From the NCBI GenBank assembly GCA_963764165.1, contig CAVXRD010000002.1:2944001-3008000 (forward strand): a stretch of 64,000 nucleotides of DNA. Reading direction: 5' to 3'. Of this stretch, positions 60,138 to 64,000 are shown in pieces. The position numbers were made by a program, and so were the translations under genes. The notes beneath the pieces are model-generated. The model was not told the origin of the DNA and did not search any database. It worked only from the letters and a program-made list of their open reading frames with translations. Source of the DNA: an uncultured Verrucomicrobiae bacterium. GTDB lineage: Bacteria > Verrucomicrobiota > Verrucomicrobiia > Limisphaerales > Palsa-1400. How positions within the stretch are numbered: position 1 is the first letter of the stretch; every line of letters begins with the position of its first letter.

Positions 60138-61775
60138 ATGCACACATCTGACGACATGCAGTTGCTGCAGGAATACGCCTCGGGCCGTTCCGAGGAGGCG
60201 TTCGCAGCGCTCGTTTCGCGGCACATCAATCTCGTCTATTCGGCGGCGCTGCGCTCTGTCAATAATCCGAGCCAGGCTGAGGAAATCACGCAATCGGTCT
60301 TTCTGACGCTCGCGCAAAAGGCCCGGATCCTGAATCGCAATACGATTCTGTCCGGCTGGCTTTATCAAACAGCGCGCCTGACAGCCTCCAATTTCATCCG
60401 CGGAGAGAACCGCCGCCTCAAGCGCGAGAACCGAGCCCACCTCGAATCCACCATGAACGACCCCGAACCGGAAGCGTGGCCGCGCGTCGGCCCATTGCTT
60501 GATGAAGCGATGGCCCAATTGCCCGAAAAAGACCGCAACGCCATCGTTCTCCGTTTCTTCGAAGGCAAACCATTGCGCGCGGTCGGCGATGCGCTCGGCT
60601 CCAGCGAAGACGCCGCCAAAATGCGGGTCAATCGCGCGTTGGATAAATTGCGCGATTTCTTTCACAGCCGCGGCATCACGATGTCCGCAACCGCCCTGGC
60701 CACCGCCATTGCGGAAAACTCGATTCACGCCGCTCCGACCGGGCTGGCGGCCACCGTGGCGGCCGGAGCCTTGAAAGGTTCGGCAGCAGCATCACTTTTA
60801 ACCATCATCAAAGGAGCAGTTTCCATGACCACCTCGGCAAAAATCGGAATTACCCTCGGCGCGTGCGTCGCGGCGGCAGTGATCGGTTTGCAATACCATC
60901 ACATCTCCAGTCAAACACAAATTGTCAAAGACCTGCAAACGCAGGTGGCGCAACTCGCGCCGCAAGTGAAGTCCAGCCAGGGAATGGTGGCGGAAGTTGA
61001 GCAACTAAAGGCTCAAAACGCCGCCTACGCTAAAACCATCGACACCATGAAGCATGACGTCGCCAAGGCGCGCGCCCATGCCAGCGAGGCAATCGCCGCA
61101 AAAACGACAGCGGCGGCCAAGCAGCCGGATGCGAAATCGAATGGGATGCAGGACATGTTCAAGGATCCGGCAGTCCTGGCCGCCATCAAGGACAGCCAGC
61201 TCATCATGTTCAAGAAGCAGTATGGCGGATTCGTGAAGTCCATGAACATGACGCCGGACCAGGCAGATCAGTTTTACAACGCTCTTCTTGAACAAGGAAA
61301 CAAGGGAATTGAAATGCTGCAGGGCGGAAAACTAGACCCGGCCGCGATGGCAACCAGCCAGGATGATTTGAAAAATCTGCTCGGCGAAGACGGCATGACC
61401 AAGTTCACTGAATACTCGCAAAACGTCGCCGCCCAAACGATGCTTGATTTATACAAGGGCAACTTTGTCGACAATCCACTCACGCCCACCCAGGAAAAGC
61501 AATTGATGGAGACCATGCAGACCGCGAGCCAATCACAGGCGGCCCCGAACCCAGCCGACATGGCAAAAGCATCGGATGGAGATATTTCTGGCTTGATGGA
61601 ACAGCAAATGCAGCGGCAGCAGCAGCTCAATCAAACCATTCTGGACCAGGCAGCGGCCTATCTCACCCCCGACCAGCTTCAAACTCTGGCCAGCTCGCAG
61701 TCAAACATGCTCTCGATGCAGAAGGCGGGCATGGCCATGGCGCAAAAGATGTTTACGCCAGCCGCTCAAAAGTAG
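60138..61775 (+). CDS. ECF sigma-70 factor with a TM helix and long C-terminal extension
   Basis: AF..LV.RH..LVYSAA, AEEITQ.VF, GWLY, LP..DR.AIVLRFFE, RVNRALDKLR; then TM and a Q/M-rich coiled region. Confidence 0.9.
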   Translation: MHTSDDMQLLQEYASGRSEEAFAALVSRHINLVYSAALRSVNNPSQAEEITQSVFLTLAQKARILNRNTILSGWLYQTARLTASNFIRGENRRLKRENRAHLESTMNDPEPEAWPRVGPLLDEAMAQLPEKDRNAIVLRFFEGKPLRAVGDALGSSEDAAKMRVNRALDKLRDFFHSRGITMSATALATAIAENSIHAAPTGLAATVAAGALKGSAAASLLTIIKGAVSMTTSAKIGITLGACVAAAVIGLQYHHISSQTQIVKDLQTQVAQLAPQVKSSQGMVAEVEQLKAQNAAYAKTIDTMKHDVAKARAHASEAIAAKTTAAAKQPDAKSNGMQDMFKDPAVLAAIKDSQLIMFKKQYGGFVKSMNMTPDQADQFYNALLEQGNKGIEMLQGGKLDPAAMATSQDDLKNLLGEDGMTKFTEYSQNVAAQTMLDLYKGNFVDNPLTPTQEKQLMETMQTASQSQAAPNPADMAKASDGDISGLMEQQMQRQQQLNQTILDQAAAYLTPDQLQTLASSQSNMLSMQKAGMAMAQKMFTPAAQK

Positions 61776-61781
61776 CGCCAA

Positions 61782-62693
61782 CTACAGCTTCGCCCAGCCC
61801 CGGTTTTCATGCCCGAAGCTGAACATCCGCGGCTGAATGATTTCCGCCAGAATCTCAATCGACTCCACCACGCGCGGCCCGGGGCGATTGAAGTAGGCGT
61901 TGCCGTCCGTCGCAAAAACTTTCTTCGACTTGACGGCGCGCAGCTTCGACCACTCGGGGCGGTTCGTCATGGCGAAGGCTTCGCGGCGCGTGCGTTCCAG
62001 GTCAAATCCGCACGGCATGAGGACGATGATTTCTGGATCTGCTTTCACCAGCGCCTCCCATTGCATCCACGCGGAATGTTTGCCGGAAATTCCGAACACA
62101 TCTTTTCCGCCTGCCAGCTCGATCATTTCAGGAACCCAATTTCCCGCGGCCATCAGCGGATCCATCCATTCAATGCAGGCAACGGTCGGGCGTTTGGTGA
62201 GCATGCATGTCTTTTGAATGATATCGACCACCCGATTTTTGAGGCGCGACAGCATGGCGCGTCCTTCATCGGTCACATTGAGCGCATCGGCCACCGTTTG
62301 CATGGAAGTCCAAACATCCGCCAGGCGAAGCGGCGACAAGGAGACAATTTTTGTCCGGCCTGAAAGTGCCGAAGGAAGCGCCTTTTCCAAATCCGCCAGG
62401 CTCACCGCGCACACGTCGCATTGCGCTTGAGTGAGAATGATGTCCGGCCGCAATTCGCGGAGCACATCCGTTTTTATCTCGTAAAGGGAAAGCGCTTTTT
62501 CGAGAAGGGATTTGATCTGCCCATCAATAGCGGAACTCGATGCCGAAGCATCAACTTTGGCTGAAGTGCAAATGGGGAGGCTCTGGATTTCTGGTGGGAA
62601 ATCGCACTCGTGCGAGCGGCCCACCAGCTCATTCGCGCAGCCCAGCGCGCAAACGATTTCAGTGCAACTTGGCAGCAGCGATATGATCCTCAT
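61782..62693 (-). CDS. Cobalamin/Fe-siderophore-type substrate-binding protein (BtuF-like)
   Basis: RIISLLPSCTEIV.ALG, GRSHECDFP, TQAQCDVC, PCGF, FNRPGPR. Confidence 0.85.
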   Translation of the reverse strand: MRIISLLPSCTEIVCALGCANELVGRSHECDFPPEIQSLPICTSAKVDASASSSAIDGQIKSLLEKALSLYEIKTDVLRELRPDIILTQAQCDVCAVSLADLEKALPSALSGRTKIVSLSPLRLADVWTSMQTVADALNVTDEGRAMLSRLKNRVVDIIQKTCMLTKRPTVACIEWMDPLMAAGNWVPEMIELAGGKDVFGISGKHSAWMQWEALVKADPEIIVLMPCGFDLERTRREAFAMTNRPEWSKLRAVKSKKVFATDGNAYFNRPGPRVVESIEILAEIIQPRMFSFGHENRGWAKL

Positions 62694-62777
62694 CCGTTTT
62701 AATTCTTGAGCTTGCTAAATGTATACAACTGCCTAGCAAGCGCCAGCCACAAGACCGCAAAACTTTTTTTGAGGCCC

Positions 62778-62913
62778 CGGCTCGGCAGGAGCCTCGCCCC
62801 ACCACGCGCACGGTAGGGCGAGGCTCCTGCCGAGCCGTCCCATAATTCCCATGATTCACATAAGTCCCATTCTAATGTGAGGAATGGGAATAATGGGATT
62901 AATGGAAAGCTCG
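62778..62913. repeat. REP family 3 units plus CCCAT/ATGGG repeats
   Basis: Read directly. Confidence 0.85.
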
Positions 62914-62928
62914 CGCGAGTTAAGAAAA

Positions 62929-64000
62929 TTACGCCGCCGGGAGCGAAATCGAGAATTCAGCCCCCTCGCCCGCCTTGCTCTTAACCGTGGCCGTTCCGCC
63001 ATGCGCTTCCACCACGGCTTTTACCACGCTCAGGCCAAGGCCCAACCCGCGTTGCGAGCGGCTCTTGTCGCCGCGATAGAGGCGATCCCAGATGCGCGCT
63101 TGTTCCTCTGGAGGAATGCCCATTCCCGAGTCGCGAAAAACGACCACAATGAGAGTTGCTTCGCGCCGCGCCAGGATTGAAACTTTCCCGCCGTCCGCCG
63201 TGTATTTTAAGGCGTTGTCGAGCAGGTTGCCGAAGGCCTGGCGCATTCGCGTTGGGTCAACGGACGCCTGGCACTCCACAGGAAGATCCAGCGAAACGGT
63301 GATTTTCTTCTCTTCCGCAACATACTCGTAAAGCTCCACGATCTCGCGGAGAAGCTGGCACAAATCCACCGGCTGGCGCTCCAGTTTCATCGTGCCGGCC
63401 TCGGCTTCGGCAATATCCATCAGCGTTTTGATCATGCCGATCACGCGGTCGGATTCTTCCATGCAATCGGCCAGCGCCTCGCGCATGGCGATCGGGTCCG
63501 CGCGTTCGCGCAATGCCAGCTCGGCCGAGCCGCGCAGGCGCGTCAGCGGCGTTCGCAGGTCGTGGGCGACGTTGTCCATCGATTCGCGCATGGCGCGGAT
63601 GAGGGCCTGATTCTTGTCAAGCATCGCATTGAACAATTGCACCATCTCCGCCAATTCGTCCTGCGACGGACGCGACGGCACGCGCGTGTTCAAATCTCCC
63701 GTTGCGATGATGCCTCGCGCGGTGGCCACAATCTGCCGCACCGGCAGCAGCGCGCGATAAGCGAAGAACCACCCAAAGACGATGCCGATAAGAGCAATCA
63801 GCGCCACCATGGGGAGCGCCGTTTCCCGCGCCGGCTGCCAAAGCAAATCGCGATTGTTGGTGCTGCGGCCGACCACGAGCGTCGAGCCGTTCGGCGCATC
63901 GGCGTGCATGAAGCTGTAATCGCGCTCCGCATTTTTTGGGATGCGGGTCAGCTCGAACTCGTGCGTCTGCAACTGGCCCGGAATGATCCTGAAGTGGGTC
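62929..64000 (-). CDS. HAMP-domain sensor histidine kinase; 5' end beyond the window
   Basis: [34 protein letters not shown]; frame stays open to the window edge. Confidence 0.93.
   Translation of the reverse strand, partial: THFRIIPGQLQTHEFELTRIPKNAERDYSFMHADAPNGSTLVVGRSTNNRDLLWQPARETALPMVALIALIGIVFGWFFAYRALLPVRQIVATARGIIATGDLNTRVPSRPSQDELAEMVQLFNAMLDKNQALIRAMRESMDNVAHDLRTPLTRLRGSAELALRERADPIAMREALADCMEESDRVIGMIKTLMDIAEAEAGTMKLERQPVDLCQLLREIVELYEYVAEEKKITVSLDLPVECQASVDPTRMRQAFGNLLDNALKYTADGGKVSILARREATLIVVVFRDSGMGIPPEEQARIWDRLYRGDKSRSQRGLGLGLSVVKAVVEAHGGTATVKSKAGEGAEFSISLPAA

Overview
GC-rich bacterial chromosome segment, most likely from Verrucomicrobiota (Pedosphaera-like). This is inferred from the protein families present: ECF sigma with a long C-terminal extension, tandem EEKREGTLGLLFLTDL permeases, and secreted proteins ending in an (S/T)TNL..W..R(F/Y)YR domain. 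The backbone carries housekeeping genes (yyaL-like, gatB, glgP, cutA, miaE, clpX-like, thyX-like, lpxB). Three accessory zones stand out. (1) 8.0-15.2 kb: an NRPS mini-cluster (Leu-code A-PCP, P450, frameshifted stand-alone C domain) bracketed by two VapBC modules. (2) 27.3-31.9 kb: a DUF3494 ice-binding protein divergent from a pseudo-kinase / kinase / NarL-type regulator / FecR-like operon. (3) 41.0-51.0 kb: a mobile/defence-like island with an iteron- and IHF-containing ori-like region, a DUF3631 ATPase, HEPN-like and Schlafen genes, TA modules, an IS1182, and four copies of a long non-coding repeat separating different cargo. At least five REP/MITE-like palindrome families occupy intergenic spaces. 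No rRNA, tRNA or CRISPR array was seen. All family calls come from reading motifs by eye; no database searches were run.
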